Assembly (NCBI GenBank): GCA_964587835.1
Contig: CAZPMN010000004.1
Span: 14,351 to 78,350, forward strand
Source of the DNA: an uncultured bacterium
Lineage (GTDB): Bacteria; Auribacterota; Erginobacteria; Erginobacterales; Erginobacteraceae
Direction: 5' to 3'
Length of the DNA stretch: 64,000 bases
Below, in pieces: positions 1-10,300 of the stretch. How positions within the stretch are numbered: the stretch's first letter is position 1; each line of letters starts with the position of its first letter. The position numbers and the translations under genes were made by a program. The notes under the pieces were generated by a model. It was given only the letters and a program-made list of their open reading frames with translations. It had not been told where the DNA came from and ran no database searches.

Positions 1-1722
1 AAGATTTATACCGGTCCCAACCCCCCGCAGTCGGCGGCCCTCTGCCTGGCGATCGATCCCTCCAACCCGGACGCGATCTTTGCCGGCACCTTCTCCGGCC
101 TGGCCCGTACCCTGGACGGGGGCCAGACTTGGGACCGTCCGCCCGGCCGGATCGCCAATATGGTGATCACCCGGATCGCCGTGCATCCCTTTGACTCCCG
201 GATCGTGCTGGCGGGAACCGCCGGCTATGGAATATTCAAGAGCACCGACGGCGGGAGCGAGTGGAACCAGGTGCTCAATCGGGCCGGGGCTGGGGCCAAC
301 CGGGTGCTCTCAATCAGGTTCGCCTCCTCCCAGCCGGAGGTGATCTACGCCGGCACGGCCAGTGGGATCTACAAGAGCCTGGACGGCGGAGAGAGCTGGG
401 ATCCGGCCACCGGGATGGGACTCTCGCCCACCGTGCTGGTCCGTGACCTGGTTGTCTCCCCGATCAACCCCGACCAGGCGATTGTCGCCGGCGACCAGGG
501 TGTCTTCGGGACCGTCGACGGCGGACAGCTCTGGAGGAAGATCGCCTTCGGGACCGATTTCAACGGGAGCCGCTTTCTCGCCTTCGACCCCCTCGATCCG
601 GCCACGGTCTGGCTGCTCACCTCCAGCCGGGCTTTTCGGAGCGCTGCTCCCGATCTGCTCGATCTCTCCGATGGGGCGGAGCAGTCGTTGGCCGCCTGCG
701 GCGAGATCACGCTGAACGGAGAGGAACGCCACCGGATCTCCATCGAGAAGATCGACGAGGAGACGGGCGAGGTCACGGTCAGTATTCAGTCGGAACCGCG
801 GATCCTTACCCTCAAGGTCGGGGAGACCGCCGCGGTCGATCTGACCGGAGACGGGAACGAGGACCTCAACCTGACTCTGGAAAGCTTGGAAGGGGGTGTG
901 CCTCGCTTTCGACTCTGCCGGATCGCTCCCGAGCTGAGTGGTGAGGAGGCCGAGACGGCCGAGCTCATCCCCCCCGATCAGGTAACCTGCCTGGAGGACC
1001 TCGAGCCTTACTTCCGGATGGAGCCTACCTGGGTCGAGGTCCAGCAGGCCGCCGCCCGCTGGGCGGAAGTCCACCCGGAGAAGATCGCTGCCTGGCGGGC
1101 CGGGGCTTCTTGGAGAGCCCTCTTCCCAGAGGTCCAGCTGGACTACGACAACCGGGACCGGAGACGGGAGGATTACGAACAGGAGGAGGAGTACAGCTAC
1201 TCCCGGGATATTGAAGAGAGCTGGGAGGAGGCGGAGAGCTTCTCCTACGAAGAGCGGATCCAGTATCAAACCGCCTACACCGCGGGGACTTATGAAATCT
1301 TCCGCCGCGACAACGAGATCAATGACCATCAGCAATCCTGGGAAGAGTCCTATTCGACCGGTTACGGGGAGGGAGAGGAATACCAGGATACCGTCACCAT
1401 CCGAGATAATGACGAGAAGTCCTGGGGAATCCAGCTCGAGTGGGAATTGGGCGACTTCCTCTTCAACATCGATCAGGTCCGGATCAGCAGCGAGGTCCGC
1501 CGCTTGGTGGAACTGCGCCAGGACGTGGTTGAGCAGGTCAGCCTCTACTACTTCGACCGGAGGACCGCCCGGATCGATATGATCCTCAACCCGCCCGCCG
1601 ACCCCTTCTCCCGGGTCGAAATGCTTTTGCGGATCCAGCAGCTGGATGCCAGTCTCGACGCAATGACCGGGGGTTACTTCTCCCAGACAATCAAGGAGCG
1701 GGAACAGAACTGCCGACGTTGA
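1..1722 (+). CDS. BNR/Asp-box repeat (beta-propeller) protein, 5'-partial (frame open from nt 1); its C-terminal ~230 aa domain is paralogous to the next gene
   Basis: Frame 1 is open from nt 1 into track ORF 160..1722. Repeated S-x-D-G-G-x-x-W motifs (TLDGGQTW, STDGGSEW, SLDGGESW, TVDGGQLW). The C-terminal region (EPTWVEVQQAAARWAEVHPEKIAAW...RRLVELRQDV...TGGYFS) aligns with ORF 1842..2729. Confidence 0.7.
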   Translation, partial: KIYTGPNPPQSAALCLAIDPSNPDAIFAGTFSGLARTLDGGQTWDRPPGRIANMVITRIAVHPFDSRIVLAGTAGYGIFKSTDGGSEWNQVLNRAGAGANRVLSIRFASSQPEVIYAGTASGIYKSLDGGESWDPATGMGLSPTVLVRDLVVSPINPDQAIVAGDQGVFGTVDGGQLWRKIAFGTDFNGSRFLAFDPLDPATVWLLTSSRAFRSAAPDLLDLSDGAEQSLAACGEITLNGEERHRISIEKIDEETGEVTVSIQSEPRILTLKVGETAAVDLTGDGNEDLNLTLESLEGGVPRFRLCRIAPELSGEEAETAELIPPDQVTCLEDLEPYFRMEPTWVEVQQAAARWAEVHPEKIAAWRAGASWRALFPEVQLDYDNRDRRREDYEQEEEYSYSRDIEESWEEAESFSYEERIQYQTAYTAGTYEIFRRDNEINDHQQSWEESYSTGYGEGEEYQDTVTIRDNDEKSWGIQLEWELGDFLFNIDQVRISSEVRRLVELRQDVVEQVSLYYFDRRTARIDMILNPPADPFSRVEMLLRIQQLDASLDAMTGGYFSQTIKEREQNCRR

Positions 1723-1841
1723 TCGGAAAATATTTTCTGCGAAATAGAGAGTCAGTGTCTGATGAGAGGGGTCCTGGGCAGGGGATAATTCGCTTAATCA
1801 ATATGGCAAATTCGCGTAATTCGCAGTCAAAGGAGGCCGAT

Positions 1842-2729
1842 ATGTCCTTGAGGAATGTCATCCGCCCCTCGGTGGTGGTGCTCTTCACTATCCTGGTCCT
1901 GGTCAACCTCGGCGCCAGGAAAAAGAAATCCCCCGCGCCGGTGACCCTCTCCTGGAGCGGAGGGGGTTATTCCTCCACCCTGCCGGTGATTGAGAATATG
2001 GCCGATATGGAAGCTCTCTTCGCCCACGAGCCGACCTACCGGGAGATCCAGCAAGCGGCGATGCGGTTCGCCGAGGTCCACCCGGAGAAGATCGCCGCCT
2101 GGCGACAGGGGGCGTCCCTGAGGGCATTCCTCCCCGACATCCGCTACGACTACGACTGGGAAGACAGTACCGAGAAATACCTCCGGGAGCGGTGGGAGAC
2201 CAGTTATTCCCGTGATTACGGCTACGAGTACGGGGAGGCCTATACCACGGAGGACAACTATAACTACCAGTATGAGCAGCACGATACCATCCCCCCAACC
2301 GATACCGCCTGGACGCTCCGCGAGCAGTGGACCACCGCCGACAACAGCGGCTGGTCGAGCGAGGTGAGTTACGACCGGTCCACCGGGGATGAATACCTGA
2401 AGGAGGTCCGGGATCGTTCCGAACGGGATACCCGCTGGCGACTCCGGCTGGAGTGGGATCTGCGGGATTTTATCTATAATGAAGACCAGCGCCGAATCAG
2501 CGCGGAAGCCCGCCGGCTGGTCGAACTCCGCCAGGACGTCCTCCAGGAGATTAACACCTATTTCTTCGACCGCCGCCGGGCCCAGATCGAGATGCTCTAC
2601 TCTCCCCCGTCGGACGTCCGCGCCCGGATCGACCTCCAGCTCCAGATCGCCCGGGTGACCGCCAGTATCGACGCCCTGACCGGCGGCTACCTCTCCGCGG
2701 CCCTGGAGAAGGCCGAGGAAAAGAAGTAA
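1842..2729 (+). CDS. N-terminally membrane-anchored/secreted protein carrying the same conserved C-terminal domain as the upstream BNR protein (unknown function)
   Basis: ATG 1842 is preceded by AAGGAGG (1829-1835, 6-nt spacing). N-terminus MSLRNVIRPSVVVLFTILVLVNLGARKKK looks like a signal-anchor. Shared motifs with the upstream gene: EVHPEKIAAWR, RRLVELRQDV, TGGY. Confidence 0.6.
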   Translation: MSLRNVIRPSVVVLFTILVLVNLGARKKKSPAPVTLSWSGGGYSSTLPVIENMADMEALFAHEPTYREIQQAAMRFAEVHPEKIAAWRQGASLRAFLPDIRYDYDWEDSTEKYLRERWETSYSRDYGYEYGEAYTTEDNYNYQYEQHDTIPPTDTAWTLREQWTTADNSGWSSEVSYDRSTGDEYLKEVRDRSERDTRWRLRLEWDLRDFIYNEDQRRISAEARRLVELRQDVLQEINTYFFDRRRAQIEMLYSPPSDVRARIDLQLQIARVTASIDALTGGYLSAALEKAEEKK

Positions 2730-2763
2730 CGGGCCCGGCCAAACGGATCCGTCTCCAACCGCG

Positions 2764-3231
2764 ATGGGGTTATTCTCCTCGAATGTCGTCCTCCTCACCA
2801 TCCTTCTCCGGCTTTTGACCGACACCTCTCTGGCCGGCTTGGAGCGGGATCAATTCATCCAGGAAGGCCGGTACTGGCGCCAGCGCGCCCAGTCGGCCCC
2901 CCGCGCTTCCTACCGGAAGATCCACTTTTACGAGAAATCCCTGGCTGCCGACCCGGCGGTCGGTGCCACCCACCTGGAGTTGGCTGAAGTCTATTACGAA
3001 CTGGCCATTTCTTACGGGCATCGGGACCTCTTCGAGCGAGCCCTGGAGTCGCTCACCGCCGCCCTCGAGGTTGACCCGGGATTGGCCGCCGCTCACTACC
3101 GTCGGGGGACCATCCATTTTCTCCTCGGCGACTTCACGGCCAGCCGCCGGGAACTGGAGGCGGCCCGCCGCCTCGATCCCTCCTACCGGTCGGCCGAGAG
3201 CGGACTGCGGAGGCTGGGAGAGGTTCAATAG
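2764..3231 (+). CDS. TPR repeat protein
   Basis: TPR-like helical repeats (YYELAISYGHRDLFERALESLTAALEVDPGLAAAHYRRG...); hydrophobic N-terminus. Confidence 0.6.
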   Translation: MGLFSSNVVLLTILLRLLTDTSLAGLERDQFIQEGRYWRQRAQSAPRASYRKIHFYEKSLAADPAVGATHLELAEVYYELAISYGHRDLFERALESLTAALEVDPGLAAAHYRRGTIHFLLGDFTASRRELEAARRLDPSYRSAESGLRRLGEVQ

Positions 3232-3267
3232 TCGGGCTGTCCCGGTCCCGGAGAGCGGGTGAGAATT

Positions 3268-3945
3268 ATGCGGAAATCCCTGCAATGCTGTCAAAAGTTC
3301 TTCTCCCCCCCGGTGATTTCGGGCATTGTTTTCCTGGCGATTCTCCCTTCTCTCCGGGCCGGTCCCCCGGTCGATATCAATACCGCCGGGGTCGAGGAAC
3401 TCCAGACTCTTCCCGGGATCGGCCCCGCGCTGGCGAAGAGGATCATCATCGACCGCGAAGCTAACGGCCCCTTCCAAGAGCCTGAAAAAATAACCCGGGT
3501 CTTCGGGATCGGGGACGCCCGCTACCGGGAGATTCAGGACCTGATCACAGCCGGCCGGGTCGCGGTGCCGGTCAACCGGGCGCCCCCGCCCGACCGGGTC
3601 AACCTCAACACCGCCACCCAGGAGCAGCTGGAGACCTTGCCCGGGATCGGCCCCGTCCTTGCCCGCCGGATTATCGACTACCGGGAAAAAGAAGGCGGTT
3701 TCAAGCGGACGGAAGACCTGACGGCGGTCCGCGGGATCGGGCCCAAGACCTTTGCGAGCCTGAAAAACCTGGTTACCGTTTACGGCCAGGCCCTGGAACA
3801 AGTTGTCGCTCCCGGCGGCCCCGGGCCCCGGATCTCCGTTTCCCAGGATCTGAAGTGCTGGCGCTGCGGCCATACCTTCCAGGTGGAGGGATCCGTCAGG
3901 TCCGGGACCTGCCCCTCCTGCGGCGCCCCCTGGCGGGCCCGCTAA
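3268..3945 (+). CDS. comEA: ComEA-like DNA-binding protein with two helix-hairpin-helix modules and a C-terminal CxxC...CxxC zinc ribbon
   Basis: Two copies of the LxxLPGIGPxLAxRII HhH motif ([24 protein letters not shown]; [28 protein letters not shown]). C-terminal CWRCGH...CPSCG. RBS GGAGAG lies 13 nt upstream of ATG 3268 (the track alternative GTG is at 3259). Confidence 0.7.
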   Translation: MRKSLQCCQKFFSPPVISGIVFLAILPSLRAGPPVDINTAGVEELQTLPGIGPALAKRIIIDREANGPFQEPEKITRVFGIGDARYREIQDLITAGRVAVPVNRAPPPDRVNLNTATQEQLETLPGIGPVLARRIIDYREKEGGFKRTEDLTAVRGIGPKTFASLKNLVTVYGQALEQVVAPGGPGPRISVSQDLKCWRCGHTFQVEGSVRSGTCPSCGAPWRAR

Positions 3946-3953
3946 TAAACAAA

Positions 3954-3981
3954 GTAGGGGCGAGGCATGCCTCGCCCCTAC
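3954..3981. terminator. Perfect 28-nt palindrome (12-bp GC-rich stem, CATG loop) 9 nt after the comEA stop; candidate terminator hairpin, but without a clear U-tract
   Basis: gtaggggcgagg catg cctcgcccctac read directly at 3954-3981; downstream sequence is not T-rich. Confidence 0.35.
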
Positions 3982-4004
3982 CGCGACGATGATAATGATT
4001 TCTC

Positions 4005-4781
4005 GTGAGCGAGGTTGAGAAATACCGTTGCCTGGTAACCGCGCCGGACCTGGTTTCGGCCCGGGTCCGGCTCCGAGAGAGCAATTTGTTGGTCCAGGCG
4101 GACCGCGATCTTGCCCGGGAGGCCCGTTCGGTCCTCGGGCGGCGTCGGGGCGAGATTGAGGAGTATCTGTACCGGAATCCGGAGTGGGGCAGGAGTATGG
4201 TACCTATCCCGGAGCGGGGCGATGCTCCGGAAATAGTCAGGGCGATGTCCCGGGCCTCCGCGGCCTGCGGGGTCGGGCCGATGGCGACCGTGGCCGGCGC
4301 CCTGGCCTGGTTCGTGGGGCGGGAACTCTCCGCCCGTTCCGGCGAGGTAATCGTCGAGAACGGGGGCGATATCTACCTGGACCGTCGCCGAGAGAGGACG
4401 ATCCTGGTCTGGCCCGGGTCCGGGGAAATTTTTCCGGTCCGGGTCGGAATTAAAGTCCCCGTTTCTTCCTTACCGGCCGGGGTGGCGGCCTCTTCGGGCT
4501 CCTTCGGCCGGTCCTTAAGCTGGGGGAAGGTGGCGGTGGCGGTGGTGGTGGCGGTTGATTCACTGATTGCTGACGGAGCGGCTACTGCACTGGGAAATCG
4601 GGTCCCTGACGCCGCCGAGGCGACAATGGAAACCGCCCTGGAGTCGGTGATGGCCATCCCCGGCGTGACCGGGGGCCTGGTCCTCTGCCGGGGGATTCTG
4701 GCCGCTCGGGGGGATATCGAACTGGTCGACCTGGCCGCGGGGTCAGGGAAACAAGATACTTTGCGGGATGAGGGGAACTGA
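4005..4781 (+). CDS. Conserved hypothetical protein (resembles the UPF0280/ApbE-like family; assignment tentative), GTG start
   Basis: Gly/Ala-rich core (ACGVGPMATVAGALAWFVGREL...VENGGDIYL). Codon usage is consistent with neighbours. GTG at 4005. Confidence 0.45.
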   Translation: MSEVEKYRCLVTAPDLVSARVRLRESNLLVQADRDLAREARSVLGRRRGEIEEYLYRNPEWGRSMVPIPERGDAPEIVRAMSRASAACGVGPMATVAGALAWFVGRELSARSGEVIVENGGDIYLDRRRERTILVWPGSGEIFPVRVGIKVPVSSLPAGVAASSGSFGRSLSWGKVAVAVVVAVDSLIADGAATALGNRVPDAAEATMETALESVMAIPGVTGGLVLCRGILAARGDIELVDLAAGSGKQDTLRDEGN

Positions 4782-4807
4782 AGGCAGAAATTAGTAAAAA
4801 AAATCTG

Positions 4808-4835
4808 GTGACAATCCCTCTCTCCGTGGTATGCT
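4808..4835 (+). promoter_or_regulatory. Candidate sigma70-type promoter (GTGACA-N16-TGgTATGCT, extended -10) in the lower-GC spacer upstream of the 4967 gene
   Basis: Read at 4808-4835. Followed by RBS AAGGAG 8 nt before ATG 4967. Confidence 0.3.
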
Positions 4836-4966
4836 TTAATTACGGGGGATTAGGCTATTTTCTTCTCGGGATTATGCCGATCCAGGTAAAGGGAAATGGT
4901 CTGAATCAGATTTAATCGCCCCGGCATAATTTTAATTTCCAGATACTCAGAAAAAGGAGCAGGGCC

Positions 4967-7213
4967 ATGTCAGGATCTGCCAGGCACCTCCGGTCAACCA
5001 GCCGTGCCCTCTGGGCTGTCACCTCGCTTTGCTTGACTCTCATTCTCCTTCATCCCGGGGGAGCGCGGGGTCAAGCATTAATCAACGAAGGTTTCGACGC
5101 CTGGCCGACCAAGCCCGCCGGCTGGACTTTCAACGGCATCGCCGACGGCGATATATATACCACGGCGACGAATTATGGCCTGGCCTCTCCATCGCTCAAG
5201 CTGGATGCGAGCGGTGATTATATCACCACCGCCTCCTTCGCCGATCCCCAGGAGCTCTCCTTCTGGATCAAGGGGCAGGGGACCGCCGGATCGAGCAGTC
5301 TCCTGGTCGATGAATACTATTTCCCTAATTGGAACCGGATGACCGAGATCGTCCCCCTGCCCCTGACGGGTACGGATATCTCCGGCCTCCTCTTCAACCC
5401 TTCCGCCACCCTGGTCCGGTTCAGTTACAATCAGGATACCGGCGACCTGGCCTTTGACGATGTCCTGGTAACCGGCCTGGCCCCGACCCCCACGGCCTCC
5501 CCCACCCCCACCCTGACCCCGGATATCTACACCTCGCCTACCGCGAGCCCGACTCCACCGGTTATTTGCGAGGGCTTTGACGATTTCAAGGAACCGAACT
5601 GGGTGGTTCCGGCCGGCTGGACCTTCGTTGACATCACCGACAACTGGACGCAATCAGGGTATTATGGTGTGGCCTCTCCTTCGGTCAAGCTGGACAGCTC
5701 GGAACAGATCCTCTATACCGATACGATTTACCGTCCTTCCGAATTTACCTTCTGGTTGAAGGGTCAGGGCTCGGCCGGCAGCTGCACACTCTTTATTGAC
5801 GAATATTATTTCGGCTCGCCCGACGGCTGGTCGGAAGTCACGGCGATCAGTCTCTTCAATACCTGGTCGGCGGGGACCGTTCTTGGGCCCTATCCGCTGG
5901 ATTATCTGACCACCGAATTGTGGTTTTCCTTCCTTAGGGATGACGGCACCGACTGGACCCTGGCCCTGGACGATGTCTGTATCTACCAGGCCGAGGCCTC
6001 TCCCACGGTCACTCCGCCACCGCCGCCGTCCCCTTCGCCCACCCGGACCCCGCTACCCCCCACGCCCACCCCGATCTCCCGGCCCGGGCCGATCACCGGG
6101 CGGGTTTATGATCGGGTGACCGGAGTCGGGATTGCCAACGTCTATGTGGTGGCCCTGCCGGTGGACGCTCCCCGCCCGGACGGGGACCTGACCGACTCCC
6201 GCGGATACTACCGGATTGACGGTCCCCCCGGGGGGACGCTGGACGCCGGGATTTATAAGGTTTTCTGCTCCGCGGTCGAGGGTTTCGGGATCCGCCGCTA
6301 CCGGGACCAGTTTTACAACCAGAAAGACAGCGTGGAGGTGGCGGACCTGGTTGCTTCCAACAGCGCCGGCATCAACTTTCCGCTATATCGGGTTGGAGTC
6401 TATCCGACTCCGACCCTGCCCCCTTCCCCTCCGCCCACCCCGACTCCCATCCTGCGCATCTATACGGTCCGGGTTCTCAGCGGAGACTACGACGGAGACG
6501 GGTCGGCGGAGATCGCCGTCTTCCGACCTGCTTCGGGGTTCTGGGCGGTGCGGGGTTTAACCCGGGCCTATTACGGCCGTTCGGGCGATATCCCGGTCAG
6601 CGGGGATTATACCGGCGACGGTCTGTCGGAGATCGCCGTCTTCCGGCCTTCCTCCGGCCTCTGGGCGGTGAGGACGATCACCCGGTGTTATTACGGCCGT
6701 TCAGGAGATATCCCGGTCCCCGGAGATTACGACGGGGACGGGACGGCGGATGTCGCCGTCTTCCGCTCCTCCTCGGGGCTCTGGGCGATTCGAGGATTGA
6801 CCCGAGCTTACTTCGGCCGGGACGGGGACCATCCCATCCCCGGCGATTACAGCGGGGACGGGCAGTCCGATCTGGCCGTCTTCCGCGGTTCCTACTACGG
6901 CCTCTGGGCGGTTCGAGGATTGACCCGAGCTTATTTCGGCCGGGGCGGGGATCATCCCATCCCCGGCGATTACAGCGGGAACGGGCAGGCCGATCTGGCC
7001 GTCTTCCGCGGCACCTACGGGCTCTGGGCGGTCCGGGGATTGACCCAGATATATCACGGTCAGGAAGGCGATATCCCGGTCCCGGCCGGCTACCGCGGGG
7101 CGGTTTCCGCGGAAATCGCCGTCTTTCAGGAAAAGACCGGCCTCTGGAAGATCCGGGGCGTGACCCGGGTTTATTTCGGTCGTCCCGGGGCCGACCTCCC
7201 GGCGACCAGGTGA
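4967..7213 (+). CDS. Large secreted modular protein: signal peptide, two copies of a ~140-aa unknown domain, Pro/Thr linkers, a CarboxypepD_reg-like domain, and 6 FG-GAP-like ~40-aa repeats
   Basis: N-terminal signal peptide (LWAVTSLCLTLILLHPGGARG). Internal duplication (EGFDAWPTKPAGWTF...FWIKGQG... versus EGFDDFKEPNWVVPAGWTF...FWLKGQG...). Linkers PTPTASPTPTLTP. ITGRVYDRVTGVGI motif. Repeats GDYDGDGxxEIAVFRPSSGLWAVRGLTRAYYGRSGDIPVP x6. Confidence 0.8.
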   Translation: MSGSARHLRSTSRALWAVTSLCLTLILLHPGGARGQALINEGFDAWPTKPAGWTFNGIADGDIYTTATNYGLASPSLKLDASGDYITTASFADPQELSFWIKGQGTAGSSSLLVDEYYFPNWNRMTEIVPLPLTGTDISGLLFNPSATLVRFSYNQDTGDLAFDDVLVTGLAPTPTASPTPTLTPDIYTSPTASPTPPVICEGFDDFKEPNWVVPAGWTFVDITDNWTQSGYYGVASPSVKLDSSEQILYTDTIYRPSEFTFWLKGQGSAGSCTLFIDEYYFGSPDGWSEVTAISLFNTWSAGTVLGPYPLDYLTTELWFSFLRDDGTDWTLALDDVCIYQAEASPTVTPPPPPSPSPTRTPLPPTPTPISRPGPITGRVYDRVTGVGIANVYVVALPVDAPRPDGDLTDSRGYYRIDGPPGGTLDAGIYKVFCSAVEGFGIRRYRDQFYNQKDSVEVADLVASNSAGINFPLYRVGVYPTPTLPPSPPPTPTPILRIYTVRVLSGDYDGDGSAEIAVFRPASGFWAVRGLTRAYYGRSGDIPVSGDYTGDGLSEIAVFRPSSGLWAVRTITRCYYGRSGDIPVPGDYDGDGTADVAVFRSSSGLWAIRGLTRAYFGRDGDHPIPGDYSGDGQSDLAVFRGSYYGLWAVRGLTRAYFGRGGDHPIPGDYSGNGQADLAVFRGTYGLWAVRGLTQIYHGQEGDIPVPAGYRGAVSAEIAVFQEKTGLWKIRGVTRVYFGRPGADLPATR
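6482..7213 (+). repeat. Six tandem ~120-nt (40-aa) FG-GAP-like coding repeats (GDYxGDG..AVFRPSSGLWAVRG.TR.YFGR.GD.PVP)
   Basis: Periodicity visible directly at protein and DNA level. The same module recurs at 9672-10421 in the next gene. Confidence 0.7.
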
Positions 7214-7322
7214 GTTCCCGGCGCGCCCCAGCTATATTTGGCGGGGGTTCGGTATTGCCGTTCAGGAAGTCGGCTATGGAGCAGTCGCGGCCTCGCAAGG
7301 AACGACCAGAGGAGAGCTAATT

Positions 7323-10300
7323 ATGAATCGATCTCGGATTAAGAAGAAGGCGATTAGGTCTCTGGCCGCCCTGGCGGTCGCCTCTATCTTGACTTTTTCC
7401 CCGGGTCTGGCTGCTGCTCAGGCTGATATCCTCCCCTTCCAACCGGGCGACACCCTGGAGGAGATCCGCTACAAGATAGATTACAACGGTTACAGCTTCA
7501 CCGTGGAAGAGAACCGGATCTTTGGCTTGCCCGCCGAGGAGAAGGCTGCCCTCTTCAGCCGCCACCTTCCCCTCCATCCCCGTCGCTACAGTGTCAACGA
7601 CGAGATCGGGCCTCTGGCTCGGCATCTGGAAAAACAAGCGCTTCCCGATAGTTTCGACTGGCGGGATTACAACGGTACCGGTCGGGACTATATCGGGCCG
7701 GTCCGGGACCAGGGCAACTGCGGATCCTGTTACGCCTTCGGCGCGGCGGCCGCCGCCGAGGGTACCTATAACTACGCCAAGGGAAGATTCGGCGACAACC
7801 GGGCGGAATTCTCCGAGGCCTTCATCGCTTTCTGCCTGGACGACCATTACGAAGGATTCGCCGGCTGCGGCGGGGCCGATTACGACTACGATGAGCTGCA
7901 GGCCCTGGTCGATTACGGGATCTGCAGCGCCGCCGAATATCCCTATATGGATTATCAACAGCTCTGCCCTTTCGGCACCTACCCGGAGCTGACCAAGTTC
8001 AACTCCTGGCACCGGATCCCCTGCGGCGACATCGAAGCGATCAAGACTGCGATTATGACCTACGGGGTGGTCGATGCCGCAGTGTATGTCGGGGAGGCCT
8101 TCCAGGCTTACGCCAGCGGGGTTTACGAGGATGAGAATACCGACTGCTACTCCTCCCCCTGTTACTACACCCCGACCAACCACGCAATATCCCTGGTCGG
8201 CTGGGACGACAACCCCCCGGAGGGGGGAGGGGGGTGTTGGATTCTGCGCAACTCCTGGGGAGAGGATTGGGGCGAGGACGGATATATGCGGTTGCGCTAT
8301 GACGCCGCCCGGGTCTCCTGCGAGTGCTCCTATCTGATCTACGAGGAACCCCGGGGCGGCCCGCTTAGAATCGCCACCTTCAATGTCAGCGTCTGGGGAT
8401 CGATCCCTGGGGTGGAGACGAAGAGAACCTTCCAGGGCCTGTTACCGGACATCGCCCTCTTACAGGAGTGGGGGATGGCCGACGGGGCCCACCTGGGTTA
8501 CGTCGAGGAAGCCTTTGGACCGGATTTTTACTACTATCTTGGCTGGGCTCCCGGGGCCGCGATCAACCGGGAGCAGAATAACGGGGTGGTCAGCCGGTGG
8601 TTCATTCAGACCTGCGGGGACTGGCGGGATCCGACCGGGCCGTCCAACCGGGCCGCCTTCGCCTGGGCTGAGATCGACCTTCCCGGGCAGAACGATCTGC
8701 TGGCCGTCTCCGTACACCTGAAGGCGGGAGACTCCCTGGACGAGCGGGCCGAACGGGAAGCACAGGCCAACGCGATCAAGGACTATGTGGAAGATTACCA
8801 GACCGCCACGGGCTTTGACGGTTATGTCGTGGTCGCGGGGGACCTGAATTTTATGAGCATCGTCCAGGACGCGGCCGCCCTTTCCGTTTTTGAGAGTTTC
8901 CTCGAGGCAACCGATCATCGCCCGGCCGATCACACAGGCAACCAAAATACCAACTCCAACCGGGAAAGGCCTTACGACTGGCTGATGCCCAACGCATTGC
9001 TCAACAGCAGACATGCCGATCTGACCATCGGCAGCGGCGATTATATCTACCCGGAAGGGCTCGTCTTCGATAGCGACGTCTTCTGGTTCGAGGGGGGGGC
9101 TCCTTACCCGGCTCCGGCCTACGGCACCGAACTCTGGAACCTGCCCCCGGTCCGTTACGGAGACAGCCACAGCGGGGTGACCGACCATATGGCGGTGATG
9201 AAGGCGTTCGAGGCCCTGCCCGAACCCACTCCAACCCCGCTGGCTACCCGGACCCCACAGCTGGCGCCCACCCCCGTGGCGGTGCTGGGGCCGATCCGCG
9301 GTCGGGTCTATGACCGGGTGACGGGGGCGGGGATTTCCGGGGTTCATGTGCTGGCGTTGGGAAGCGGGGGGAGCGCGGGCGGATTATCCGGATCCAACGG
9401 CTGGTACCAGACCCGGGACCTGAGCGCCGGAACCTACGTCGTCTACGCCGACACCTTCGGCCAGCCCGATTACCGCCCGCAGTATTACGACCAGAAAGAT
9501 GAAGAGGGTCAGGCCACCCTGGTCGTTTCCAATTCCTCAGGAATCAATTTTCCGCTCTACCGTCGTTGGGCTTATCCCACCCCACCGCCGCCTCCCACCC
9601 CCCCCCGAGGTCCCTCGCCGACACCGCCTCCGCCGCCGACCCCGGACTGGCTTCCCTCCTGGATTGACAGTGCCGATTATGATGGCGATGGGGTCAGCGA
9701 GATCGGGATCTTCCGCCCCTCCAGCGGGCTCTGGGCGATCCGGGGCCTGACCCGGGTTTATTTCGGGAGGTCCGGTGACCTGCCCGTTCCGGGAGATTAT
9801 ACCGGGGATGGGACCTCCGACATCGCCGTCTTCCGGCCCTCCTCCGGCCTCTGGGCGATCCGGGGTTCGACCCGCGCGTATTTTGGCCGCCGCGGCGATC
9901 TGCCGGTCCCGGGGGACTACGGCTCCGCCGGCCGGGCCGGTATCGCCGTCTTCCGGCCCTCGTCAGGGCTCTGGGCGATCCGGAGTTTGACCCGGATTTA
10001 TTTCGGCCGTTCCGGCGATCTCCCGGTGCCCTATAATGAAAGCGGGGAGAAGAAGATAGCGGTCTTCCGGCCCCCATCCGGCCTCTGGGCGGTCCGGGGA
10101 TCAACCCGGGTTTACTTCGGTCGTTCCGGTGATATCCCGGTTCCCGGCCTGGCCACCAACCCCTCCGGTACGGTGCAGCTGGGATTTTTCCGGGAGGCAT
10201 CGGGCCTCTGGGCGGTTCGGGAAACAACCAGGGTTTATTACGGACGATCCGGCGACCGGCCGCTAGTGGTCAACCCTGTCGGACCGGTCCAGCTGGGAGT

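Noticed and set aside
6678-7320. Overlapping ORFs 6678..7298(-), 6685..7320(+) and 6701..7057(-) inside the FG-GAP repeat region
   Set aside because: Artefacts of the repetitive, GC-rich coding repeats; the frame carrying the FG-GAP-like repeats is the real one.
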